NCBI GenBank assembly: GCA_038212035.1
Contig: JBBQUZ010000010.1
Coordinates: forward strand, 2,662-66,661
From: Fimbriimonadales bacterium
Lineage (GTDB): Bacteria > Armatimonadota > Fimbriimonadia > Fimbriimonadales > Fimbriimonadaceae
Direction: 5' to 3'
DNA: 64,000 nucleotides
Of this stretch, positions 17,914-27,547 are shown piece by piece; the first letter of the stretch is position 1; each line of letters begins with the position of its first letter. The translations under genes were made by a program, and so were the position numbers. The notes under the pieces were generated by a model. The model saw only the letters and a program-made list of their open reading frames with translations, ran no database searches and was not told where the DNA came from.

Positions 17914-19041
17914 TTGCGACTCAGGTCGCCATGGACTCTGCGTTGCCCCTCTACCGGGCCACGCGTATGGGATAGCCGAACCTTGAATTCTGAACAACAA
18001 CATATACTCAAAGAACAGCTCAGTCAAATCTCGAGCAAAGAGCGAAAAGACATCATTCGACGAGCCGCAGAGATGCGCCAAGTCGCCCAAAAATCCGCAA
18101 AGCCCACCGAAAAAGCCCTTCTCAAGGGCACACCAGATCCTTCCTGGAGCCTAGAGCGATGGCTCCTTCATTTACTGATGAATAGCGCACCAACGCAGCC
18201 CTCAGGGCGGGTGATCCAGAGCTTTGGTGCCAGAGCGATAGTTCAACTGGAGGATGGAGAAGTCACCCTTCCCTGCCCGCCTGGGGTCATCTGTGGGGAT
18301 GAAGTGGTGATATTGGACCAGAAAATTGATCGCGTGCTCCCGCGCAGAACCGAGTTGACCCGCAAAGACCCCGCAAACCCGAATGGATGTCTGACCATCG
18401 CCGCCAATATTGACGTGGCCGGGATCGTGGTTTCCATTGGGCAGCCCCCCCTACATCCTAGGCTGATTGATCGATATCTTGTGGCTCTCGCGGGTTCGGG
18501 TATCGCTCCGATCATTGTGGTCAACAAAGTCGATTCTGATCTGAGCGTGGATGACCAAATCAAGTTACGACCCTATCAGCAACTCGACATTCCCATGTTC
18601 ACCTGTTCTGCGCGACTTGGATCCGGGATTGCAGATTTGCGCCGTGAGCTGACGGGCAAGTTGTGCGCGTTCTTAGGCCACAGTGGGGTTGGCAAGTCGT
18701 CTTTGCTCAATGCCTTGCTGGGGGCCGAGATCGCAAAAGTCGGCAGTGTTACCGGCGACACCGGCAAGGGAGCCCACACCACCACTTCCTCCAGCTTGCG
18801 AGAGGGCGGCGGCTTGCAAATCATCGACACTCCGGGGATTAGACAGTTTGCCCCGGTGTTTGGGTCCAGAAAGGAAGTTGAGGCCGGGTTTGAGGAAATT
18901 TCGTTGGCGGCCCAGGGTTGCCAACATTCTGATTGCAGTCATCAATCAGAACCGGGATGCAAAGTAGTTCTCGCCGTCAAGTACGGGAGAATCTTTGAGG
19001 AGAGATATGAGAGTTACCTGAGGATTGCGGAGGAACTCTAA
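17914..19041 (+). CDS. rsgA: ribosome small-subunit-dependent GTPase A
   Basis: 375 aa. Circularly permuted GTPase motifs are present: VNKVD, GHSGVGKSSLLNAL and DTPGIRQF. The C-terminal zinc cluster is CQHSDCSHQSEPGC. The OB core begins near residue 105, so the true start may be downstream of 17914. Confidence 0.85.
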   Translation: MRLRSPWTLRCPSTGPRVWDSRTLNSEQQHILKEQLSQISSKERKDIIRRAAEMRQVAQKSAKPTEKALLKGTPDPSWSLERWLLHLLMNSAPTQPSGRVIQSFGARAIVQLEDGEVTLPCPPGVICGDEVVILDQKIDRVLPRRTELTRKDPANPNGCLTIAANIDVAGIVVSIGQPPLHPRLIDRYLVALAGSGIAPIIVVNKVDSDLSVDDQIKLRPYQQLDIPMFTCSARLGSGIADLRRELTGKLCAFLGHSGVGKSSLLNALLGAEIAKVGSVTGDTGKGAHTTTSSSLREGGGLQIIDTPGIRQFAPVFGSRKEVEAGFEEISLAAQGCQHSDCSHQSEPGCKVVLAVKYGRIFEERYESYLRIAEEL

Positions 19042-19248
19042 CCCGTGGATGACTGCTTTGGACCACCAGAAAATGGTGGGTCAATTAGCTTGCCTCAGTT
19101 AATTAACCCCAATAGAGAGGCGGAAAATGGGTAAAGCGTGTTGGCCATACCGAATAATGTCGCCGAAAAAGTCAAAATATATTTAGATTCCCCATAATGG
19201 GGTGAATGGGTTTGATTTTTACACCCGATAATTGCCGGGTGATGGCTA

Positions 19249-20406
19249 GTGAGAGGGGGATCGGTATTGGTTGAACTATTAGTGGTTTTACCTACGCTAA
19301 ACGAGCGACAGAATGTTGGAGTCATGGCAGAGAGGATATCTGCGGCTTTGACGGGAGTCTCGTACCGCATCATTTACGTGGACGATGATTCCACCGACGG
19401 TACCCGCGACGAACTATTACGCCTGGCCGAAGTGGATGAACATATCGGGTTCATTCACCGCATGGGTCGATCAGGACTGTCTTCCGCCGTTATTGAAGGT
19501 GCGCTGGCGGGAACTTCACGTTATATCGTCGTCATGGATGCCGACCTTCAGCACGATGAAAAGCTCTTGCCGAAAATGCTCCAAATGCTCAAGACTGAGC
19601 CGTTAGATATCGTTATTGCCAGTCGGTTTGCGCCGGGTGCGTCTCTAGGTGACTTTGCGGAAAGCCGAGTAAAGACCAGTGAGCGCGGCATCATGCTAGC
19701 GCAACAAATTCTCGCGGTGCCCGTGACCGACCCGCTGACGGGCTACTTCATGATGCGCCGAGAGTTTTTTGAGGGCCTGGTGCCAAACCTTCAACCCCGA
19801 GGCTTCAAAATTCTGCTTGACATTCTTCATAAGGCCGGGGCGGGGATTCGATACCGAGAAATACCGCTGGTCTTTGGCACTCGGTTAGCCGGCGAGAGCA
19901 AATTAGACGCGAGCGTTGGTTTTGACTACCTAGCCCAACTCTACGAAGCAAAGTTCGAGAACTACCTTCCTCTCAGCGTGATGCTGGCCGCAGTATTGTC
20001 GGCCATCGTATTTTGTTTGGCTGGGGGCGTAATTCTGGGCACGCAGGCGCTCGGCGTTTCGGGCTACCTTTCATCGCTTCTCGCCCTGATCCTGCCCGTC
20101 GCCTTAACTTTCCGACTTAAGCTGAACGGTCTTAGAAAACGGCAACGTCCAAAGGGGACGGATCTGGCAAAAACCTTTGGGGGATATTGCGCTCTCGTGC
20201 TGGTTAATGCGGCTCTTACGATCATTTTGACTGGAGATTCTGCCCCAGGAAACCTATCGGTAGCCTTACTCACGGCGCTAGGGCTAACAGGTTCTGCACT
20301 CATCGCATATTTCTCGTATCCCATCCGAGCGAGACGAAGTCTTCTGCCCAAGCTGTTGGGCATTTTGGATTCCGAACGGGCGGAATCGGTAGCGGTGGTC
20401 AAATAG
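19249..20406 (+). CDS. GT2 polyprenyl-phosphate glycosyltransferase (DPM1/ArnC-like) with C-terminal transmembrane helices
   Basis: 385 aa with a GTG start. Motifs LPTLNER, YVDDDSTDGT and VMDADLQHD (DXD) match GT2 polyisoprenyl-phosphate sugar synthases. Hydrophobic helices occupy the last third. Confidence 0.85.
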   Translation: MRGGSVLVELLVVLPTLNERQNVGVMAERISAALTGVSYRIIYVDDDSTDGTRDELLRLAEVDEHIGFIHRMGRSGLSSAVIEGALAGTSRYIVVMDADLQHDEKLLPKMLQMLKTEPLDIVIASRFAPGASLGDFAESRVKTSERGIMLAQQILAVPVTDPLTGYFMMRREFFEGLVPNLQPRGFKILLDILHKAGAGIRYREIPLVFGTRLAGESKLDASVGFDYLAQLYEAKFENYLPLSVMLAAVLSAIVFCLAGGVILGTQALGVSGYLSSLLALILPVALTFRLKLNGLRKRQRPKGTDLAKTFGGYCALVLVNAALTIILTGDSAPGNLSVALLTALGLTGSALIAYFSYPIRARRSLLPKLLGILDSERAESVAVVK

Positions 20407-20408
20407 TC

Positions 20409-21914
20409 TTGATGAAAGACAGGCGTCACGCCATCATCTGGATTGTGTTGCTGACCGTGCTTGCGGCTGCGGTGCGACTACCGTTACTAGGGCACGAGTC
20501 TTTTTGGAAAGACGAACTCAGTATATGGTCGTTTGTCAATGTCCCAACTCTTTCTCAGGCCATTTACAACGGAGCAATTGTAGACCCGCACCCACCCCTT
20601 TACATGGTGGTTGTGTTTCCCATGGTCCACCTTTTTGGGATGAGCGAAGCGGCATTTCGACTTCCGTCCGCTCTGTTTGGCATTGTTTCAGTTCCGCTGA
20701 TATACGATCTCGGGACAAAGTTATTCACCTGGCGTGAGGGAGTTATTTCGGCGGCATTTATGGCGCTCATGTTTCGACCCCTGTATTACAGCCTTGAGGC
20801 TCGAAATTACATCTTGCTTGGCTTGACCTCAATCACTTTGGGGATTGCTTGGGCCGCCGTCACCCGCGCTATTTCGGAAAAGCGTCCTATCCCAGTAAAG
20901 ACGCTATTCGGCTACTCAATACTCGTTGTGTTGGCCCCCTACAGTCACTACTTTGGCGCCCTTCTCGGCTTAGTGATGTTCATACATCTTATTTGGCGCT
21001 CGGCGGCACTTAAATCGGGTCAGAAATCGGTGTGGATTCTCATGGGCTTTACCGCGTTATTGTATTCCCCGTGGCTCCCGTTTGCCGCCAAGACCTTTAG
21101 CCGCAGCAACAGTGCGTTTTGGATTCCGAAACCTCACATTGATGCTCCGGTGGTCTTCTTCGCATTCTTCTTTGGTAAGTCGCCGATCCTAGTGGGATTG
21201 ATGACCCTACTTGTATTTGGCTACCTAATATTCACGCTGGTAAAGCCAGAAAATGCCGGGACTAAAGAGAAACCTAACCCCCTTCTGAACAAAGAATTTG
21301 CCCTGCTTTTGGCCGTATGGCTGGCCGGACCTTTTTGCATTACCCTTGCTAAGTCTTTGGTCTCTACCAGTTTCTTTCTTAATCGCTATTTCTTTATCTG
21401 CCTCCCCGCGGCCTACCTTTGCGCGGCCCGAGGAATCACGTTGCTGGGAGCCAAACGCGGTAGTCCGATCTTTGCTCCTGCACTCACCGCCTGCATTCTG
21501 AGTGGTGCGTGGATCTCAATGGTATTTCAGGATCATGTGTTCTTCAAGTCCTCCCGTGCCCAGTATCGGGAAGCCGTTAACTATGTTTCTCGGCAAGTTA
21601 CTGGACATTCGGGTATGACCATGCCGGTGTTAACCACCCAACCGATGCTTGCTTACTATACTGACCGGCCGGGGACCGGCCTCACACTAGTAGCGGCCGA
21701 CCACATTGACACGAGCCTCCCTACGACCCAGAACTACCTGGACCTTAACCACCCCTCAGAATTTTGGTATCTAGACGCGCGGGATGACTACCGGTTAGAT
21801 GAATCTAACGCCATCCCGCCGTTTGCTCCCACCGGATATAAACCGCGAGAACGCAAGAAATTTAAAGACATTGCGGTAATTCATTTTGTCAACAATAGTG
21901 AGCCAGCCAAATAG
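20409..21914 (+). CDS. GT-C fold membrane glycosyltransferase (GT39/PMT_2, ArnT-like)
   Basis: 501 aa and polytopic. The first-loop acidic motif FWKDELS is present. It lies 3 nt downstream of the GT2 gene. Confidence 0.7.
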   Translation: MMKDRRHAIIWIVLLTVLAAAVRLPLLGHESFWKDELSIWSFVNVPTLSQAIYNGAIVDPHPPLYMVVVFPMVHLFGMSEAAFRLPSALFGIVSVPLIYDLGTKLFTWREGVISAAFMALMFRPLYYSLEARNYILLGLTSITLGIAWAAVTRAISEKRPIPVKTLFGYSILVVLAPYSHYFGALLGLVMFIHLIWRSAALKSGQKSVWILMGFTALLYSPWLPFAAKTFSRSNSAFWIPKPHIDAPVVFFAFFFGKSPILVGLMTLLVFGYLIFTLVKPENAGTKEKPNPLLNKEFALLLAVWLAGPFCITLAKSLVSTSFFLNRYFFICLPAAYLCAARGITLLGAKRGSPIFAPALTACILSGAWISMVFQDHVFFKSSRAQYREAVNYVSRQVTGHSGMTMPVLTTQPMLAYYTDRPGTGLTLVAADHIDTSLPTTQNYLDLNHPSEFWYLDARDDYRLDESNAIPPFAPTGYKPRERKKFKDIAVIHFVNNSEPAK

Positions 21915-22060
21915 ACATGGACTCGATGAAGTCAAGTTTCCCCGCAAATGTGTCAGTTTGCGCGTACGTCCAAGCATTTTCGGTTCTATGACTACGCTAT
22001 CTGCGCTAAACTTGTCTAATTAAGAGTAGGAAGGGTTCGCGTCCGATGCTGTACGGGTAA

Positions 22061-22813
22061 TTGACTGGTGTATCTATGTTTTATTTTTTTAGTCGCGAGC
22101 AATTTGCTCTGCGGAGAGTTGCAGTCACTGTAGTTGCCCTTGTTGCAACTCCAAGCTTTGGAGTCACGAAGTACGTGGCTACCGCCATCTTTGGCTTGGG
22201 TTACACGGTGCCTTCACACCATGTGACGATCGTAGTAACTCCACCCGCCGTGATCGCCAACACGGGTGGCTTCGGAACCGCTCCACGCTATGCCCACGAG
22301 ACACATGGTTGCGTGCAAGGCGAGGGCAATTTAACTTGTTACAATTCTGTATCCGGATGGACTTCAGACGGCGTGGGTACGGCCTCTACTGCGGACAGTG
22401 CCACCTACCTGGCCCTCACTTTTAATAATAGCGCTTCAACGGGAGTAAATATTCCGTTCTCTTTCACTTGGAATATCTCCCTGCTAAGTACGTCTACGCA
22501 GCCCCGTGGAGTGCAACAATACGGAAATGCCGTTGCAGGATTGGTACTGTACGATACATTTGAAGGGAGTGGTCAGAACTTCATCTTTAATCAGCAATTT
22601 ATCGCAACTACGGGTAGGGGTGACACCGAACGAAACCATCAGGTAGTAACTTACTCAAGCTTCTTGTCCATATTGCCAAAGTCCAGCACCACACTATTTA
22701 TTACAAACTATGTAAGTGGCCGATCGTCTTCCCAGGCGACCCCAGCTCCTGCCGCTGCAATTGTCTTTGGAATGGCGGCCCTCCGACGCCGTCGCAGATT
22801 GCGGATGTCCTGA
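22061..22813 (+). CDS. secreted protein with a PEP-CTERM-like C-terminal sorting tail
   Basis: 250 aa. It has an N-terminal signal-like helix (VAVTVVALVATPSFG). The C-terminus ATPAPAAAIVFGMAALRRRRRLRMS is a Pro motif, a hydrophobic helix and an Arg cluster. Confidence 0.5.
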   Translation: MTGVSMFYFFSREQFALRRVAVTVVALVATPSFGVTKYVATAIFGLGYTVPSHHVTIVVTPPAVIANTGGFGTAPRYAHETHGCVQGEGNLTCYNSVSGWTSDGVGTASTADSATYLALTFNNSASTGVNIPFSFTWNISLLSTSTQPRGVQQYGNAVAGLVLYDTFEGSGQNFIFNQQFIATTGRGDTERNHQVVTYSSFLSILPKSSTTLFITNYVSGRSSSQATPAPAAAIVFGMAALRRRRRLRMS

Positions 22814-22842
22814 CGGTCTCAAGCCGCATAATCTAAGGCAAC

Positions 22843-23784
22843 ATGAAGATTGTTGTACTGGATGGTCACACGCTTAACCCCGGTGACTTAAACTGGGATT
22901 TGCTTAAGGAATTGGGAGATACCGTCATTTACGATCGGACCTCTCCCGCGCAGACGGTCTCACGTATCCAAAATATCGATTGCGTTTTGACCAATAAGTG
23001 TCCACTGGGATGCGCAGAAATCTTGGCAAGCGAACGGTTGCGGTACATCGGCGTTCTTGCGACCGGATTTAACACGGTTGATTTGGAGACCTGTCGCGAA
23101 AGGTCGATTGCGGTGACCAACATTCCTCATTACGGCACTCTCGCCGTGGCACAATTCACCTTCTCGCTGATCTTAGAACTGGCAAATGGCGTGGGCAAAC
23201 ACAATACGTCGGTGCACCAAGGCGAATGGACTAACCAACCAGACTTTAGCTATCAATTGTCCCCCCAGGTGGAATTAGATGGTCTAACCCTTGGGATTGT
23301 GGGATACGGAAGAATTGGACGTAAGGTGGCAGAAATCGGTCAGGCCTTTGGCATGAAGGTCATTATTTGCACCCGCAATTCCACACCTGCCATTGAAAAC
23401 GTTTCGCTCGATGAGATGTTCTCCCGATCGGATATTGTGAGCCTTCATTGTCCAATGACTCCAGAAACCACCCACCTTGTAAACCAGGAAAGGCTAAGTC
23501 AAATGAAGCCCTCGGCATTTCTTATCAACACAAGTCGCGGCGGTCTCGTGGACGAATCAGCGTTGGCGGAGGCGCTGAACACCGGCAAGATCGCGGGGGC
23601 CGGATTAGACGTTCTCAGCCAAGAACCACCCCCGGCAAATAACCCGCTGTTGACCGCAAAAAACACGTGCCTGACCCCGCACATGGCATGGTCAACCCGA
23701 GCTGCTCGTCAAAGGCTACTTAACACCGCGATCCAAAACATCAAGGGCTTTCAAGCCGGTCACCCCATCAATAGGGTCTCTTAA
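22843..23784 (+). CDS. D-isomer-specific 2-hydroxyacid dehydrogenase (glycerate dehydrogenase/hydroxypyruvate reductase-like)
   Basis: 313 aa. NAD motif GIVGYGRIGRKVA is present, and the catalytic R/E/H pattern (NTSRGGLVDE...TPHMAWST). Confidence 0.85.
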   Translation: MKIVVLDGHTLNPGDLNWDLLKELGDTVIYDRTSPAQTVSRIQNIDCVLTNKCPLGCAEILASERLRYIGVLATGFNTVDLETCRERSIAVTNIPHYGTLAVAQFTFSLILELANGVGKHNTSVHQGEWTNQPDFSYQLSPQVELDGLTLGIVGYGRIGRKVAEIGQAFGMKVIICTRNSTPAIENVSLDEMFSRSDIVSLHCPMTPETTHLVNQERLSQMKPSAFLINTSRGGLVDESALAEALNTGKIAGAGLDVLSQEPPPANNPLLTAKNTCLTPHMAWSTRAARQRLLNTAIQNIKGFQAGHPINRVS

Positions 23785-24380
23785 TCTTGTGAGACGACGT
23801 TTTTGGGCCAATTCACCGTATCGCCAGGCTTTATCCCCAACTTTCGGCTCACCCCCCGCTTAAGTTCCACCACATACTGGAAATCGCCAACCGGTGAAAC
23901 GGATTTTTCTTGAAATGGAACACCGTCTCCAATATTCAAAACCTTCATTTTAGAACTCACGTAAAGAATGTCGAGTCCTAATGGGCAATTTTTCATCCAA
24001 AATCCGCGATGGCCATCATTCGGTTGGATATCCTTAAAAATAAAGATCATGCCTTCTGATGGCTTCACGTCTTTGTCCACCAGAAACATCATTCCTTCTT
24101 GGCGCTTACTGTCCGTGTCCATCACCCAAAACTTAAAATCGTGCTTGCCTACCGTCCCGGCAACCTGGGTCAGTCCTTTTAACTGATACAGCCGACTGGG
24201 ATTGTCCTCGCTTGGATTCCCTGTCGAAATTACGGGCGCCAGAATTGGGACGGAGGTTTTATTGGGCGTGGCAACTATCGGTTGCTTTGGCCCCGTTGCC
24301 AGCGGCTTTTCCTCGACGGGAGTCTGGCATCCAAGAGAAGCACTTACGAAACCCACTAGGCAGAGCCGCAGGCGAGTCAT
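23781..24380 (-). CDS. DUF192-family protein with a lipoprotein-type signal
   Basis: 199 aa. The lipobox is VSASLGC. The central segment GMMFL...FWMKNCPLGLDILYV matches the DUF192 (COG1430) pattern. The start overlaps the leuD-like stop by 4 nt. Confidence 0.65.
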   Translation of the reverse strand: MTRLRLCLVGFVSASLGCQTPVEEKPLATGPKQPIVATPNKTSVPILAPVISTGNPSEDNPSRLYQLKGLTQVAGTVGKHDFKFWVMDTDSKRQEGMMFLVDKDVKPSEGMIFIFKDIQPNDGHRGFWMKNCPLGLDILYVSSKMKVLNIGDGVPFQEKSVSPVGDFQYVVELKRGVSRKLGIKPGDTVNWPKNVVSQD

Positions 24381-24979
24381 CGCACCCCTGAAGTAACGGG
24401 GGCAAATGAGTGATGCGATTCTTCGTAGCCGGCAATCGCATCTTGAAATCGCAGGGTGCTGCCAATGAGATCTAGACCGTGAAGAATGGCCTCTTTGGTC
24501 GCCGAGCTAATTTCAAAATGAAACCTCAATCCGTCAACTTCCACCGTCTGAGTTGGAAGGTTCACGGTCACTGCGATACCCATCGCCCGGGCCGCCAGCT
24601 GATCGTGGTCAGCCTCCGAAAGCTCGATGAGCAGAAGGCCACAATTGGCGGCATTCTGCCGGAAGATGTCGCTAAAACCCGGGGTGGAGTTCGTTGATTT
24701 ACTAATCACAGCGCGAAAACCGGCCTGCTGAATGGCCCATACCGCGTGCTCGCGGGAAGAACCACAACCAAAGTTGTTGCCGACGACCAAAATATTCGCG
24801 CCTTGTGCGGCCGGAAGATCTAACGGAAATTCCGGACCGCGAACATCCTTAAAAAGCAATTCTCCGTAACCAGATCGATTTACCCGGGTGAGGTATCGCG
24901 CAGGAATAATTCGGTCCGTATCAAGATTATTTTCTAGAACAGAAACCATGGGACCGCAATGTTGCGTGAATCCAGCCAT
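24377..24979 (-). CDS. leuD: 3-isopropylmalate dehydratase small-subunit-like protein (aconitase swivel domain)
   Basis: Motifs NLDTDRIIPARYL and GNNFGCGSSREHA are present. The ORF track starts at 25012. The Met at 24979 (MAGFTQH...) gives a standard LeuD N-terminus. No large subunit is adjacent. Confidence 0.75.
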   Translation of the reverse strand: MAGFTQHCGPMVSVLENNLDTDRIIPARYLTRVNRSGYGELLFKDVRGPEFPLDLPAAQGANILVVGNNFGCGSSREHAVWAIQQAGFRAVISKSTNSTPGFSDIFRQNAANCGLLLIELSEADHDQLAARAMGIAVTVNLPTQTVEVDGLRFHFEISSATKEAILHGLDLIGSTLRFQDAIAGYEESHHSFAPVTSGVR

Positions 24980-25139
24980 GCGCAAAGTTTGGCACACATC
25001 GTGCGACTCCAATCAACGTGCTTTTTGGCCAATTCGTTGACCACTTGCTTTTATTGATCCGCCTGAAACTCACTCGGTGAGGAAAGGTATTGGCGGATCT
25101 TTTATTTCACCCATTTCCAGAGGGCATAATCCCGGGACC

Positions 25140-26615
25140 ATGCAAATTCCAACGCTAGAGGAATTCTTGGCCACCACCAGCGGGGGCCTTGCGATGCCCA
25201 TTTACCGTGACATGTTGGCCGACGTTGAAACACCCCTCAGCGCTTATTGGAAATTGGCTCACGATCACCAGGAGAGTTTTCTTCTTGAGAGTGTTACGGG
25301 TGGTGAGCAACTCGCTCGGTATTCCTTTATCGGAATTCGCCCTCGGGCCACCTTGCGAATCAAGAACGGTGAAGTTCGCCGAATTACCGTTGCCAATCTG
25401 GAGACGTGGGATCTGGGTGAAGGTGAGGACCCGTTAACGGCTCTCCGGGCAGAAATGGAACACTTTAAAACCGTTCCGGTTCCCGGACTGCCAACCTTTG
25501 TTGGGGGTGCGGTGGGCCTGATGGCGTACGACATCGTTCGCTACTTTGAAAAATTGCCGGACACGACTAACGACGATCTAAACGTAGACGACCTCGCGAT
25601 GATGCTCACAGATACCGTGGTGGTCTTTGATCACGCCAAGAATTTAATCCGAGTCATTGCGGTGGCTCAGGGTACGGCCGAAGGCTACCAAAACGCATTG
25701 GATGAGATTGATTGGGTGCTCGAACGGCTTCAGGGCCCGTTACCGCCCCTGCCCGCAGAATCTTTCCCGGTCCATCCGGTTGAGTCTAATCTTACGCAAG
25801 ACCAATTTGAGGGAATGGTTCGGCGAATGATTGAGTACATCACCCAGGGTGATGGTATTCAGATGGTGCCCGCCCAGCGTCTGAGCACTCAAGTGGATGC
25901 CCACCCGCTCACGATTTACCGCGCACTTCGATCGATCAACCCCTCCCCGTACATGTTCTTGCTTAGGTTTGGCGACTTTGACCTTGTAGGCGCCTCGCCC
26001 GAACTGCTGGTGAGCCTACACGGAACCCAAGCAAGAGTACGCCCGATTGCGGGCACGCGGTGGAGAGGCAAAACTCCAGAAGAAGATCAAGCATTGGGGG
26101 TTGAGCTCTTGGCCGATGAAAAAGAACGGGCGGAGCACATCATGCTGGTGGACCTGGGCCGAAACGACCTGGGCCGGGTGTGCGAATACGGATCGGTCCG
26201 AGTGAATGAACTGATGGTGGTAGAGCGCTACAGCCACGTCATGCATATCGTAAGTGACGTTACGGGCACGCTGTCGGCCGATCGCGACGCCTACGACCTC
26301 TTTAGGGCCTGCCATCCTGCGGGTACGGTTTCCGGAGCTCCTAAAATCCGTGCCATGCAGATTATTGACGAACTAGAACCCACCCGGCGCGGAAGCTACG
26401 CGGGTGCCGTTGGATTTCTTAGCCACACCGGAGATCTTGACACCTGCATTGCCATCCGCACCATCTACCTTAAGGACGGTAGGGCTTATGTGCAAGCGGG
26501 AGGGGGCGTGGTTTACGACTCTGACCCCACGAAGGAATACGTGGAATCGGGGAACAAGGCGCGGGCCGCCCTAAAGGCAATTGAAGTCGCGCAACGCGGT
26601 TTAGATATGCGATAG
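25140..26615 (+). CDS. trpE: anthranilate synthase component I
   Basis: Motifs LADVETPLSAY, SPYMFLL, GTRWRGKT, MLVDLGRNDLGRV and GAPKIRAMQII are present. The ORF track starts at a GTG at 25077. The ATG at 25140 gives a typical TrpE N-terminus. Confidence 0.9.
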   Translation: MQIPTLEEFLATTSGGLAMPIYRDMLADVETPLSAYWKLAHDHQESFLLESVTGGEQLARYSFIGIRPRATLRIKNGEVRRITVANLETWDLGEGEDPLTALRAEMEHFKTVPVPGLPTFVGGAVGLMAYDIVRYFEKLPDTTNDDLNVDDLAMMLTDTVVVFDHAKNLIRVIAVAQGTAEGYQNALDEIDWVLERLQGPLPPLPAESFPVHPVESNLTQDQFEGMVRRMIEYITQGDGIQMVPAQRLSTQVDAHPLTIYRALRSINPSPYMFLLRFGDFDLVGASPELLVSLHGTQARVRPIAGTRWRGKTPEEDQALGVELLADEKERAEHIMLVDLGRNDLGRVCEYGSVRVNELMVVERYSHVMHIVSDVTGTLSADRDAYDLFRACHPAGTVSGAPKIRAMQIIDELEPTRRGSYAGAVGFLSHTGDLDTCIAIRTIYLKDGRAYVQAGGGVVYDSDPTKEYVESGNKARAALKAIEVAQRGLDMR

Positions 26616-26623
26616 TCACTCGA

Positions 26624-27487
26624 TTAGGCTTCTATCTGCATCTCGTCCATCAGACGCCCGAGCATGTCGTGGTCATAGCGGTCCATTTTGCTTGCACGGT
26701 CTGATTCAAGCCGCGCTTCGTCCATCTGCTTAGATTCCTCGAGAAGGATTCCGAGGAGGCCATGGTAGAGATGTTTATCTGGATCCAGGTCACTGGCCAA
26801 CCGGACCGATTTGATTGCCTCTACCGGCCGGTTAGCCCCCCAGAACGCGACGGCTGCTCTCAGGTACAGAAAGTCGTCGCCCGGCGACAGGTCAATGGCC
26901 GCGCGAATCGCATCCAGTGCTTCCTCAAATCGGTGCATTTGAGTGAGGATGTCGCCCGCCCAATAGTGATAGAACGGTTCGTCGGGTTTGCACGCTACGG
27001 CCTTTTGGGCGGCGGCCAGGGCTCGGGTGGGCTCACCCATTTCTTGGAACAACTCGGACAGCTTAATGTGATAGAACGAATTAAATGGTTCCGCTTCTAA
27101 GGCCTTGTTCAGCCGCTCAACCGAATCTCGGTAGCGGCCATATCGCTTTAAAAGGTCAGAAACCCCCACATGGGGTTCCGCCTCTCCTCCCTCTTTAAGT
27201 GCCGTCTCAAATTGCCGGAGGGCCTGAGGTTCTTGGTCACTGTACTCGTAGGCTCCCGCCAAGTCTATGCGGGCCTGGGTTGAATTTTCTCCACTTTGCT
27301 CAACCGCGCGCTTAAAATGCCTAATCGCATCGTCAAAGTCACCGTCGGTAAGGCATTGTTGGCCCAGGTTGCGGCTCTCTTCTGCGTTGGACCCTTCCCT
27401 CTTTCGCCGCTCCGGCTCCATTTCGTCTTCGTCTTCAACCACCGGAACGGCAAACAAATCGGCAATCGTCTTAAACGTCGGATCCAT
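26624..27487 (-). CDS. tetratricopeptide-repeat (TPR) protein
   Basis: 287 aa. Repeated 34-residue A..Y..A patterns are present, for example FDDAIRHFKRAVEQ and PFYHYWAGDILTQMHRFEEALDAIRAAIDLSPGD. Confidence 0.75.
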   Translation of the reverse strand: MDPTFKTIADLFAVPVVEDEDEMEPERRKREGSNAEESRNLGQQCLTDGDFDDAIRHFKRAVEQSGENSTQARIDLAGAYEYSDQEPQALRQFETALKEGGEAEPHVGVSDLLKRYGRYRDSVERLNKALEAEPFNSFYHIKLSELFQEMGEPTRALAAAQKAVACKPDEPFYHYWAGDILTQMHRFEEALDAIRAAIDLSPGDDFLYLRAAVAFWGANRPVEAIKSVRLASDLDPDKHLYHGLLGILLEESKQMDEARLESDRASKMDRYDHDMLGRLMDEMQIEA

Positions 27488-27547
27488 TTCTTAATTGTAC
27501 GGAATTCGGGATGCGTGATGTCAGGGTTTTCCCCGACCATCCAAATC

